Source: a virus
Taxonomy: Duplodnaviria; Caudoviricetes
Reading direction: 5' to 3' (one strand)
Virus record (IMG/VR): IMGVR_UViG_2706794911_000004
Coordinates: 44,422 to 108,421 of that record
Length of the DNA: 64,000 nt
Positions within the stretch are counted from its first letter, which is position 1, and each line of letters begins with the position of its first letter. The position numbers and the translations under genes are program-made. The notes under the pieces are model-generated. The model had not been told where the DNA came from. It saw only the letters and a program-made list of their open reading frames with translations, and did no database searches. This document shows, one piece after another, positions 1 to 9,246 of this stretch.

Positions 1-959
1 ACATCCACATCTATAATAAGTTTATCCATATGGAGTATATTGTGTCTTATAACGGATATACAGTCAAATAGGTGCCCTCTGTAACCTTCATATGGGTGGG
101 CTACGTATATAGGAGATAAGTGGTACTTATCCGTCCACCTAGACGCTTGATAGCCTTGTGCTTCTAGCTCAAGACCCGTATCACCCAAAACTGAATCTAC
201 AAATGCATTACCTGGCTTAGGTGCCTGCGTTATAAAAGCAGGGTAATGTTTTTGGAACCTTACTCCTGATTTAGTACCTAACATCTGGAAAGTATTATTA
301 CCTGGTGAGGTATACACCCCGAAATACTCAGAAGGTGTTTTAGATTGAAGCTGTGCCATAGTAGGCTCCACGTTAACACACCCCGCAGTAAGTAGTACGT
401 TGCCGTCGATATCATCTACATTACCTTCAAAAGTAACTATTTCACCAGCATACATAAAAGATTTTCTGTAATCATTAAAGTTAACAACAGGGTCAGCTAC
501 GATAACCATAGCTAGTCTTTTATTTGTGATATTCAAAAAGACATGCAAAGCACTTTCTTTTGACCTCTCTGTATTAGCTATGCTCTCATTCGCACACTGA
601 TACTTGGCAACTGGACCAGCATTACCAAATGTGCTGGTACCTTCATTATAGTTCTCCAAAACCTGCACACTGAACGTGGCATAAGTGCTATCAGAGGCTA
701 AAGTCTCATTAAAGAATTTAACATAGAATACTTTACCTACTTGCCCGTCCGCCACTCCCCTTTTGAATATAATAGAAGTAATATTACCATCTGTGTCAGT
801 TTCGCTAGACTGTACAGTCCATACGTTATTTTCAGCAGTCTCGCCAGCATCTGCATTAAAAGGGTATGCTGTGAGGTTATCTACTACTTCTTCTTTCAAA
901 AAATTTAAAAATCGCTTAGCTTTGACATCGTATTTCTCCACCCACTTAAAATGAGCCAT
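1..959 (-). CDS. Virion structural (tail fibre/tip-like) protein, runs off the window edge; paralogue of 976..2784
   Basis: Not in the ORF track. ATG at 959 with GGAGG RBS; open frame MAHFKWVEKY...FQKHYPAFITQ...SPIYVAHPYEGYRG aligns by eye with the C-terminal half of 976..2784 (FQEYHPAFLTH...SPIYLVNFYEGYRC). Confidence 0.75.
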   Translation of the reverse strand, partial: MAHFKWVEKYDVKAKRFLNFLKEEVVDNLTAYPFNADAGETAENNVWTVQSSETDTDGNITSIIFKRGVADGQVGKVFYVKFFNETLASDSTYATFSVQVLENYNEGTSTFGNAGPVAKYQCANESIANTERSKESALHVFLNITNKRLAMVIVADPVVNFNDYRKSFMYAGEIVTFEGNVDDIDGNVLLTAGCVNVEPTMAQLQSKTPSEYFGVYTSPGNNTFQMLGTKSGVRFQKHYPAFITQAPKPGNAFVDSVLGDTGLELEAQGYQASRWTDKYHLSPIYVAHPYEGYRGHLFDCISVIRHNILHMDKLIIDVD

Positions 960-975
960 TTTGCATTCCTCCAGA

Positions 976-2784
976 CTAATTATTTTTTACTTCCTTGAGT
1001 ATTGCTATTGAGGTGTTAAATGTAGTAGGTGACTTACTAAACATATTAATGTGTGTGTTCAGACTGAAAAATTTATAGACTTCTGTTGTGTTACCTATCT
1101 GCATTTCTAGTTCCTCGCCGTCGATCATATTGTGGTCATGTATTGCTACAACACCATACAAGTTGCATCTGTAACCTTCATAAAAATTGACTAAATATAT
1201 TGGACTTGAGTGTATCTCCTCCGTCCAAAGAGAAGCATTAAAACCATGTATATCTAGTACTAGTCTCTGTAGTGGGCTAGGTATAGTTCCCACCGTTGGG
1301 TAATTTGGTAAGTGTGTCAAGAAGGCAGGGTGATACTCTTGGAAGTATAGTCCTGATTTACCTTTAAACATCGATACTGAATCCATCCCATTAGAAGAAT
1401 GTCTACCAAATGCAGAGTAACTATTATTCTTTGTCTTATCTATATTATTATAAGTCATACCTGCTTTTGCTGCTGTTAACTCACCTGTCCCCGCCGTTAC
1501 CGCAAAGTTTCCTGTAGATGGTGTAGTAGCTAGGTCCTCTGTCATCCCTATATATACTAAGTTTCTATAATAGTTATCTATACCATGACTAGGGTCCCCT
1601 TGTAAAATCATTACCAGTCTACTATTATCCACACTTATATAATAGTCCACCGTAGAGAAGAAAGGGCGTTTCTTATCTGCTATCCACGATTCTGTGTAGT
1701 CAGCACTAGTAAACGCCAACGTGTTTGGACTAGTGAACCCGTCTACAATGTTAAAGACTCTAGGTACAAAATGGTTAGATTCATATACTTGCCGCTCCCA
1801 CGCTAAGTATGCTTCATACTGGTCAATCACTACTGGTGTCTTACCTGCCCCTACTGTACTTAAGTCACAAGCCTTATTATACGTATTCACCGCATACTGG
1901 TTATCCGAGCTAGGTACTATGTCACCTTCTACCGCAAAACCATACCTGATCTTGAAGTAATTAGCATTGTCTTCTGGCTGTTCTAAAAGTACGTTTACGA
2001 TCTCGCCGCCCTCATGCTGTAAAACCCCTATAGCAGGTATAGAGTTGTGGGTAGGAGTAAACCTGTTAAGGGTTACTGTATAAGTGCTTACTATCAAAAG
2101 GTTAATAGACAGGTTTGACCATTTACCATCGCTGTATTCTCTGTATCTGTGCAAAAGAAAGTTAGAACCCTTGCTCCTCAAATATAGGTAGTACGTCCAG
2201 TCGTCAGGCATAGGTGCTAATAGTTTAAACTGATTCCAGTTAACGTCCTCAACTTCATTGCCTGTGTAGTCTATTCTTGCGTGCTTTACCACATACGCCT
2301 GATACTTTTCCCAAGGGTTGCTGAACGTGCTCTCTGGGAAATTAGGCTGCATATCCACCAAGGTTACTAAAGCATCAGGTATATTATAAACTGTTCCTCC
2401 ATGTGTAAAGCTCTTCACGTTTACTTTTCTGCCTGTTCGATACGACTCGTCATACCCTGTATAAGGTGTGTCAGGAGACAGTTCCCATACGTACCCGTTA
2501 TCATCTACATGATTTGTCTGCGTACCTAATTTGTTTATCCTAGATAAGCCGCCACCTGTGTGAGTATAGTCTACAGTTGTGTTTTGTGTGTAAAGTGTAT
2601 AAGTAATCCAGTCTCTTTGAAGCTCAGTGAATATTTTTTTCCACTTGTTAGTCTCTGTCCCCCCGCCCGCAATAGGTATAGTTGAAGCAGAAACTTTCTC
2701 CACAATATCCTTTACTAGGCTGTTTACTTGTGAGGTTTCTGTAATCCAAGCACATGGTTTATTAGGTGTTAAACATTCGTTCAT
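976..2784 (-). CDS. Virion structural (tail fibre/tip-like) protein
   Basis: 602 aa, beta-rich, in the distal tail cluster; paralogous to the next gene. Confidence 0.65.
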   Translation of the reverse strand: MNECLTPNKPCAWITETSQVNSLVKDIVEKVSASTIPIAGGGTETNKWKKIFTELQRDWITYTLYTQNTTVDYTHTGGGLSRINKLGTQTNHVDDNGYVWELSPDTPYTGYDESYRTGRKVNVKSFTHGGTVYNIPDALVTLVDMQPNFPESTFSNPWEKYQAYVVKHARIDYTGNEVEDVNWNQFKLLAPMPDDWTYYLYLRSKGSNFLLHRYREYSDGKWSNLSINLLIVSTYTVTLNRFTPTHNSIPAIGVLQHEGGEIVNVLLEQPEDNANYFKIRYGFAVEGDIVPSSDNQYAVNTYNKACDLSTVGAGKTPVVIDQYEAYLAWERQVYESNHFVPRVFNIVDGFTSPNTLAFTSADYTESWIADKKRPFFSTVDYYISVDNSRLVMILQGDPSHGIDNYYRNLVYIGMTEDLATTPSTGNFAVTAGTGELTAAKAGMTYNNIDKTKNNSYSAFGRHSSNGMDSVSMFKGKSGLYFQEYHPAFLTHLPNYPTVGTIPSPLQRLVLDIHGFNASLWTEEIHSSPIYLVNFYEGYRCNLYGVVAIHDHNMIDGEELEMQIGNTTEVYKFFSLNTHINMFSKSPTTFNTSIAILKEVKNN

Positions 2785-3206
2785 TAAGCATCACCATCCG
2801 ACCTTAAAAATTTTACATTGTACCATACACTCTTCTCCCCAGTATTTACACTAGTGAAAACAAATTTCAGCACAGCATTAGGCTCCAGTGGGTATACAAT
2901 ACCGAAACTATTACCCATTGATACACTCTCAGGCAGTTCTTTAGTATATATTGTTTCACATACTTTAACATCACCTATATAGAAATCCCAATAGTCACCC
3001 TTACAGTAATCACTACAGGCAAAGGCAACAGATAGGAACTCTGTATCGAAAGGTAAAGAAAAAGTATCTTCATACGTACCCGCACCGTTTACCGCAATCA
3101 TCCTACCTTTAATGTACGGGACAGTAAGTTTTGAAAAATGTGGGTAAGGTAGCTGTCTTACTTTATCAACTACCCCGCCCGATAAATAACTAACATTAAA
3201 TGACAT
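2784..3206 (-). CDS. Small tail-associated hypothetical protein
   Basis: 140 aa, GGAGG RBS, stop/start coupled to the next gene. Confidence 0.6.
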   Translation of the reverse strand: MSFNVSYLSGGVVDKVRQLPYPHFSKLTVPYIKGRMIAVNGAGTYEDTFSLPFDTEFLSVAFACSDYCKGDYWDFYIGDVKVCETIYTKELPESVSMGNSFGIVYPLEPNAVLKFVFTSVNTGEKSVWYNVKFLRSDGDA

Positions 3207-3227
3207 ACGTAAACCTCCCCATTCTTG

Positions 3228-3623
3228 CTACCTTTTTACAACTTTGTTTCCTTCTAAATTGCCATCCTTAGCGTAGTCTAAACCTATATAATAGTCAGTA
3301 ATAACATCTGACGAAGGAGAAAGAAATGTTATTACTACATAGTTAAGCCTAAAGTGTCTGTAGTACTCATATTCTTGCTTACGCATGTTTTCGGGGTAGG
3401 TATTTACATCATCATTACCTAAACCTAATGTCACCTGCTCTACATGACCTGATTCATACGTAAGCTCTATACTAGTTACAGTGTCTTTGTCTAGAGGATG
3501 TTCCCTATACAGCTTTACATTAGGCATACCTAAACTAGAATCAGGTGTGATTTGCCTTACTTCCTTTCTTATTAAATCCAGGATTGGGTAGATAATATTC
3601 TCATTAGGTACTGCTCTGATCAT
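3228..3623 (-). CDS. Tail-region hypothetical protein
   Basis: ORF track 3228..3650; the likely start is the ATG overlapping the upstream stop (TAATG). Confidence 0.55.
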   Translation of the reverse strand: MIRAVPNENIIYPILDLIRKEVRQITPDSSLGMPNVKLYREHPLDKDTVTSIELTYESGHVEQVTLGLGNDDVNTYPENMRKQEYEYYRHFRLNYVVITFLSPSSDVITDYYIGLDYAKDGNLEGNKVVKR

Positions 3624-6292
3624 TATACGATCACGTCCTCTCCCGCCCAAAATAAGTCGAGTGTTTGTGTATACTCACCACTTTCAGCATCGTACGCATC
3701 CTGTATGCCTTTGATTGTGTAAGTGGCATATGTGGACGTGTTTCTATCTGTTACATCTATTCTATCTAGCACATCAAGTGCAGGATTTCCAGGGATACGC
3801 ACCTGTAACGTTCTAGCTACTCTCTTCATGTCTAGAAAAAGTCTCTGAGCTACCTGTCTTTTCATTTCTAATGTATCCGCCCAATCAAGCTGTACCACAG
3901 CAGTCCTTACCTCACCTTTCAATTCCATCAGCAATTCTTTATCTACAAAACTCTGAGGCTTACCATCACTACCCACGATAATTATATGACTTCTAACCCT
4001 TGAGTAGTCAGTGTTCTTTGATATACTCATTAGGTTCTCTGTACAGTCTACTGACTCTACAACAGGGTTATTGAAGCGTATAGGCTCCAGTCTAAAAGTA
4101 CCATACCTGTCGCAGTATGCCCTGTAATTTGTGTCCTTTAGCACCTCAACTATACAGTCTGAAACCCTAGCAGAAAACTGATCGAAGCTTCTACCATATG
4201 CTTCTACATAAGGATTTTTCCATCCTTGTGGAGTAGGTATTGAATCAATAGGCACTGCTTCAAACTGCCCCTCCTCGCCCGGTACCGCTTTTAGTACAGT
4301 ACCCGCCTTTTCATTAATCTGTATTATATATGATTCCTCTATTACAGCATCTGGGTACCTTAGATCATCTGCAACTACCCGCCACCCAATTAACCCTGCA
4401 TGTGCTATAAGATCATGTATAACAGCCGATTTAAGCCACGCCACCTTCTCTATGTCTAAGATCTCAAAGTCAGGTGTGTCGTCCTCTAGAAAGTTAACGT
4501 CAGGGTAATTCTTATCTTCTGTCAGTACCTTATCTACAGCCTTTTTGTACATATCCCTAGCTGTAACTGTGAGTGACACACCCTCACCCACCTCATCTGT
4601 CCTATCTATAAGACCTGTAAACACCCTCACTAAGTGGCTACCGTAGCCTAGATAAATTCTAATTGGCGTGTTATTACTTAGAACACCTATCAAATAATTA
4701 CCTGCCCAGTAAGTGAAAACACTTTTTAGATTTAATTCTGGAAAGTAAAATGGACTATGCGTAGGGCTGTATGAACCATTCTCGTTGGTGATAGTGACAG
4801 ATGCACCCGCAGTCTCTTGATCCAGTGAATTGTTAACACTTACACTGGTTACATTATCTAGTGTACGTGTGTCCATATAGACAAAGTCGCCCACCACTAT
4901 ATCCATCTTGTTAGACACTTTATTAAACATAATGTCGTCTATCTCTTCCTCCACCCAATAGCCTTGCTGTATTGTGCTACCACCACTTGTAGGGTCTAAC
5001 TGCTCTGCTGTCTTGTTTCTGCTAACACTCATAGAGCCTAGTTCTTGTACCTCAATGTATCCGATAGAAAGCTTTTTAGTGCCAAACCGCGGTGCATAAT
5101 TAGTCGGCAGTGCGTCATGCTTGCCACCAAAAACTACCTCAATACGTATAGTGACTTCGCCTCTAGGTACATAGATATCTTTTAGCTCCTGTATATTATC
5201 TAGTCCTTCAAATGTACCTAGATTAACCGAAGCATCATTTGAGTTACCAACAAACACTCTAAAACGGTCTCCCTCAGCGTACTTAAAATCTGACCTTACC
5301 ACTAAATTCATAAAACCAGCATTAAGCATGTTTAAAGTGATGTTAAAGCCAGTTGTTATTTTCTGCTGTAGCTGCTTAAAACCAAATGTATAAGTCAGCC
5401 AGTTGCCTCTTTCCCTATTAGTTATTGTCTCGTAGGTGACCAAGTCGTTAAAGTTAGTATCTATAGCGTACCTTGAAAGTGTATGCCAGTTACGTGTTGC
5501 GAAGGTTTCATACAGCCTTAACTCTCCAGGGTAACCTTCTATCTCCTCACCTACTGATGCCCCGCCTCCCACATTTTGAACACTTTTGTAAGCTTTTGCC
5601 GAACCCACTAGATAGGGTTCTGGGTTTACAGTCACATAAGTATTGTTAATGCTTTTGTGTACTTCAAAGTGTAGATGTGCACCAGCCCCTGCTGCCCTCT
5701 CTGCAGCAGAGGGAACCTTACCTTTACTCCTAACATTACCTGTGTTACCTAGTGTACCTATGATAGCACCAGCACTCACTTCTTGACCTGTTGTGACTGA
5801 AACTGTATTAAGGTGAGCATACCTAGATAACAGACCATTAGGGTGTAATATATCTATATAGTTTCCATAACCTGTAGTACTGTTAGAATATACAACCTTT
5901 TTAACTTTACCCGCCCACACAGCTACTAGTGGTGCTTTGAAAGTACCACTGGCCAATACATAGTCAACACCTGTATGTGAAGGTCTTGAAGATGTCTTAT
6001 AGCCGCTGGTTTTTGTAGCTGTCTCGTGTGTGTGCCCGTGTATGGGAAAGACTGCCGATGCACCTTGTAGCTGTGTAGTGCCATCAAAATCACCTGACCC
6101 GTCACTAGCTATCCACCTCTGCTGTACCTTCTTTATCTCTTGTATATCAAAGGTGGTGAAGTCAAGCGTTTCTACCCTACCCGGCACGTAGGACAGACGG
6201 TCTACTTCAACTACGCACCTTGGTCTTGCTTGGCTACCTGCTTTAAGTCTATTTCTTATTAATTTTTTGAACTCATCTGTTATAAGTTGCAT
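3623..6292 (-). CDS. Tail tip/baseplate hub (Tal-like) protein with M23 peptidase domain
   Basis: M23 motifs HTGVD, GYGNYIDILH, SRYAHL, GNTG, AHLHFEV; C-terminal IRIYLGY...VFTGLID...ARD hub-type fold. Confidence 0.8.
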   Translation of the reverse strand: MQLITDEFKKLIRNRLKAGSQARPRCVVEVDRLSYVPGRVETLDFTTFDIQEIKKVQQRWIASDGSGDFDGTTQLQGASAVFPIHGHTHETATKTSGYKTSSRPSHTGVDYVLASGTFKAPLVAVWAGKVKKVVYSNSTTGYGNYIDILHPNGLLSRYAHLNTVSVTTGQEVSAGAIIGTLGNTGNVRSKGKVPSAAERAAGAGAHLHFEVHKSINNTYVTVNPEPYLVGSAKAYKSVQNVGGGASVGEEIEGYPGELRLYETFATRNWHTLSRYAIDTNFNDLVTYETITNRERGNWLTYTFGFKQLQQKITTGFNITLNMLNAGFMNLVVRSDFKYAEGDRFRVFVGNSNDASVNLGTFEGLDNIQELKDIYVPRGEVTIRIEVVFGGKHDALPTNYAPRFGTKKLSIGYIEVQELGSMSVSRNKTAEQLDPTSGGSTIQQGYWVEEEIDDIMFNKVSNKMDIVVGDFVYMDTRTLDNVTSVSVNNSLDQETAGASVTITNENGSYSPTHSPFYFPELNLKSVFTYWAGNYLIGVLSNNTPIRIYLGYGSHLVRVFTGLIDRTDEVGEGVSLTVTARDMYKKAVDKVLTEDKNYPDVNFLEDDTPDFEILDIEKVAWLKSAVIHDLIAHAGLIGWRVVADDLRYPDAVIEESYIIQINEKAGTVLKAVPGEEGQFEAVPIDSIPTPQGWKNPYVEAYGRSFDQFSARVSDCIVEVLKDTNYRAYCDRYGTFRLEPIRFNNPVVESVDCTENLMSISKNTDYSRVRSHIIIVGSDGKPQSFVDKELLMELKGEVRTAVVQLDWADTLEMKRQVAQRLFLDMKRVARTLQVRIPGNPALDVLDRIDVTDRNTSTYATYTIKGIQDAYDAESGEYTQTLDLFWAGEDVIV

Positions 6293-6304
6293 ACTCCCGC
6301 CCCT

Positions 6305-7711
6305 TTACAAGAACCTATCCATGCATAATTTTCTAAACCTGTTTAAAATACTTGCACCCTCCGCCCTAGTTATGTGTGTATAAGGAAGAAACCACGTTTC
6401 TGTGTCACCTGAACCACTTATAGGGTTGTAGTCATTATCTACGTGAACCACTTTCTGCCCTTCATGGGTAGAGGTACTTGTAACAGGTGTACCTGACACC
6501 ATTTTAGATCCATCCGAGAGTACCTCATTCTCAAGATCGAGTATATGAGATGCCCACCACGATCCACTAGCAGTACCTATTACATCAATGTAACTTGAGG
6601 TGGCTGTATTGTAGTACTTGGTATCCTCCCCCACATCTACTAAGGTGTCACTCTTAGACCTTTCGTAAAAGTATCTTATCGTGTCAACACTAGATAGTGG
6701 GCTATTCAGTGTAACTGAGTAATCACTTGTTTCAGTATAGTCAGCACTGTAAGTTAATAACGTACCATTTTTCCACACCTTTAGCTCATTTTTACCTGAT
6801 GGGTACTTACCATTTGTAAGAAAAGCTACCTGACCCTCATAAGCTGTAAAGGTCTCGTCTATCACTCTAGACGGTGGTGTTACATCAGTAAATCTTTGGT
6901 ACATTATCTTCATTAGCTTATTAACAAGTATAAATGCCTCTGCTCTATTTATCTGTGCGTTAGGGAAAAACCTATTTAAAAACAGCACCTTTGCAGAAGT
7001 AGGCTTGAAGGTCTCTGTTGTCTGCGCGTAACTATCCGTAGTAGAGTAAGTTATGCTACATGTCACATTGTTCAAGTTATATGGTACATACATTACACCT
7101 TGTGGTGATATTGTATAAACATCAGTATTATACTTTATTTTAGCCTCTAACAGATTCTGTACATTCCCCGCCCAATCAGCATCCGATATATCTATTCTTC
7201 TTAAAAGCTTACCGAAAGCAGTAACCTGCTCATGTAAGTTGCGCGAAAACTTATCGTACTTATAGTTAACTGCTTTACTTAACGTATACGAAGGATAACT
7301 TGCACCAGACGTATCACCATATGGCTTTCCGAACCTATCCACACTAGGTGTCCCTAGGCTGATGAATGATCCTACTGCACCTTGCCTAGCTGGTGAATAC
7401 AGCGTGACTTTCGTCTGTCCGCCCTCCTGTTCTACACTTTTGTAAACTGTCTGAACACCATCTATATATACAAATAATGGATTATCTGAGGTAGGTACTA
7501 TACTTACATCAAGGGTAAAAACACTTTGACCCTGCGAAGTTATTTCTGTATATAAATAAGGCGAGCCTCCCTCAAAGGCATTATAAGGTATACTGGCGAT
7601 TAGAAAGCCGCCATCCTCATCCTGTATATTACTTGCTTCTGTTACATCTTTAAAAAACCAATCACCAGGTTGCACATCTAACCATGCCACACCTACCACC
7701 CCCTGTACCAT
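6305..7711 (-). CDS. Tail-associated protein with interrupted SLH repeats
   Basis: WLDVQPGDWFFKDV, FFPNAQINRAEAFILVNK and FLPYTHITRAEGASILNR are SLH signature segments. Confidence 0.7.
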   Translation of the reverse strand: MVQGVVGVAWLDVQPGDWFFKDVTEASNIQDEDGGFLIASIPYNAFEGGSPYLYTEITSQGQSVFTLDVSIVPTSDNPLFVYIDGVQTVYKSVEQEGGQTKVTLYSPARQGAVGSFISLGTPSVDRFGKPYGDTSGASYPSYTLSKAVNYKYDKFSRNLHEQVTAFGKLLRRIDISDADWAGNVQNLLEAKIKYNTDVYTISPQGVMYVPYNLNNVTCSITYSTTDSYAQTTETFKPTSAKVLFLNRFFPNAQINRAEAFILVNKLMKIMYQRFTDVTPPSRVIDETFTAYEGQVAFLTNGKYPSGKNELKVWKNGTLLTYSADYTETSDYSVTLNSPLSSVDTIRYFYERSKSDTLVDVGEDTKYYNTATSSYIDVIGTASGSWWASHILDLENEVLSDGSKMVSGTPVTSTSTHEGQKVVHVDNDYNPISGSGDTETWFLPYTHITRAEGASILNRFRKLCMDRFL

Positions 7712-7766
7712 TAGTATAGTACAAAAGTAGAATACTATATCAGCCTTCTACCTTATTTTAGAGAAA

Positions 7767-8456
7767 CTATTTCTTTACTCGCTTTATTGAGGTGGGGGAG
7801 ATTTTTATATCATTCATGCTGTCATATATCTTTTGTATGCCGTTCTTGAGTACACCAATTGACTTGAATCCATCGTCCGACTCAACAACTTTAAAGTAGC
7901 TCTCACCTGTCTTATTAACCTCCGTTATAGTTTTGTGTAGATAACCACTCATTTTAGCCCACGTACTTATCTGTCCACGTTTAACACCGAAGGTCTTTGT
8001 TAGATCAGTTAAGCTAACAGTACCTGTTCTGTCTATTCTCTTCTCTTCTCAGCTAATGCCAAAAGGTTTTTGTTCTTCTATGGTGCCCTGCAGTTGAGAT
8101 ATCCGGGATTCTGCCATCTTTAACGCCCTAGCCATCACAACTTCTGGACTATTCCATTTTTTCTCCAGCTCTAGAAAATAGCTCCTGTATTCATGTGACT
8201 TTGCTGTACGTGCCATCATAGCAATATGCTTCGCAAATTCCAGAGATACTGCAAAATCAACAGTTTCATTACCGTTCGCCATAATGGCGAACCCCACCCA
8301 ATGTACGTTTTCTGGAAAAAATTCATTCTGCACGATGTTCTGCTCACTCCACCTTTTCCAGTGTGTCCTATTAAGACCCAAACCTAAATATAGATCCTTT
8401 GCACTTACTACTTGTTCCAGATTTTCATTTGCTGTTACTTTAATTAATTAATTCAC
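7767..8456 (-). pseudogene. Disrupted AntA/AntB-type antirepressor
   Basis: GTG at 8456 reads MN*LIKVTANENLEQVVSAKDLY (TAA at codon 3); AKHIAMMART...YFLELEKKWNSPEVVMARAL motif; a frameshift near 8065 joins ORF 8049..8381 to 7767..7952. Confidence 0.75.
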
Positions 8457-8497
8457 TTAACCAATCCCTCTCAAAATATTATTTTACTGCTTATGTT

Positions 8498-8526
8498 TAT
8501 ATACTGGTGCAGTAGGCAAAAGTTAA
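8498..8526 (-). promoter_or_regulatory. Phage promoter motif TTAAC-N16-(G/A)GTATATA
   Basis: One of 13 fixed-spacing copies; upstream of the antirepressor RBS. Confidence 0.7.
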
Positions 8527-8535
8527 GGGGATTAA

Positions 8536-8566
8536 TAAAAAAATCCCGCCACACGTGGACGGGAAA
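8536..8566 (-). terminator. Rho-independent terminator
   Basis: TCCCG(T)CCAC/GTGG-CGGGA stem followed by a T run on the minus strand. Confidence 0.55.
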
Positions 8567-8597
8567 TTCAAAAGTAATATATAATGTAGAAATAGTT

Positions 8598-9233
8598 TTA
8601 CTCTCTGACCAATCTTTCTACAAGTTTTTTAGTCCTATTTAGAGTAAGCGTGAACTCAGCTCTTGTCATATAATCATTAGGTCTAAACAGTAGTACTGGG
8701 TCACCATTAGATGATACTACTGAGACTAATCCTAGATTAGCCATATCTCGTATATTGTGCTCCGCCCAGTGTCCTCCTATATCGGTGTAACTAAATCTGT
8801 CTTTTTTAATGAAGCTATCTTTCTTGATTAAAATTAACGAAACTTCTACAAGATACCTTCGGTTGGCTTCATGTGATACAGCCTTTATGTCTTCTACTGT
8901 ACCTGTATATATTTGCCCTCTTTCATCATAAAACTTATGCGTCCACCCCGCGTAAGACATATACTTTGCATAAGCTTGCCTACTATTAAAAAGTAGACTA
9001 AACGAAGTTTTATACACCGACATACCTGAGTGGTGAATGTGTGATGGCCCGTCTAGTATTCTAAGCTCAGTTACTTTCGGTATCGGTGTGGGTGGAGAGT
9101 AAGGCTCAACAACACGAGCCTCAACTTCCTCGAACTCCGTCCCCACGTCTACAAAAAGTCTTTTCTTATACTGACCATGTTCATTAGTAGACTCATCATC
9201 ATTTCTATTTAAAAAAGGTTTTTGTCTTGACAT
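8598..9233 (-). CDS. Distal tail (Dit-like) protein with C-terminal SLH domain
   Basis: Directly after the tape measure; YTDIGGHWAEHNIRDMANLGLV...FRPNDYMTRAEF is an SLH; likely start MSRQK at 9233. Confidence 0.7.
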   Translation of the reverse strand: MSRQKPFLNRNDDESTNEHGQYKKRLFVDVGTEFEEVEARVVEPYSPPTPIPKVTELRILDGPSHIHHSGMSVYKTSFSLLFNSRQAYAKYMSYAGWTHKFYDERGQIYTGTVEDIKAVSHEANRRYLVEVSLILIKKDSFIKKDRFSYTDIGGHWAEHNIRDMANLGLVSVVSSNGDPVLLFRPNDYMTRAEFTLTLNRTKKLVERLVRE

Positions 9234-9246
9234 TCTCCGCCGCCCC

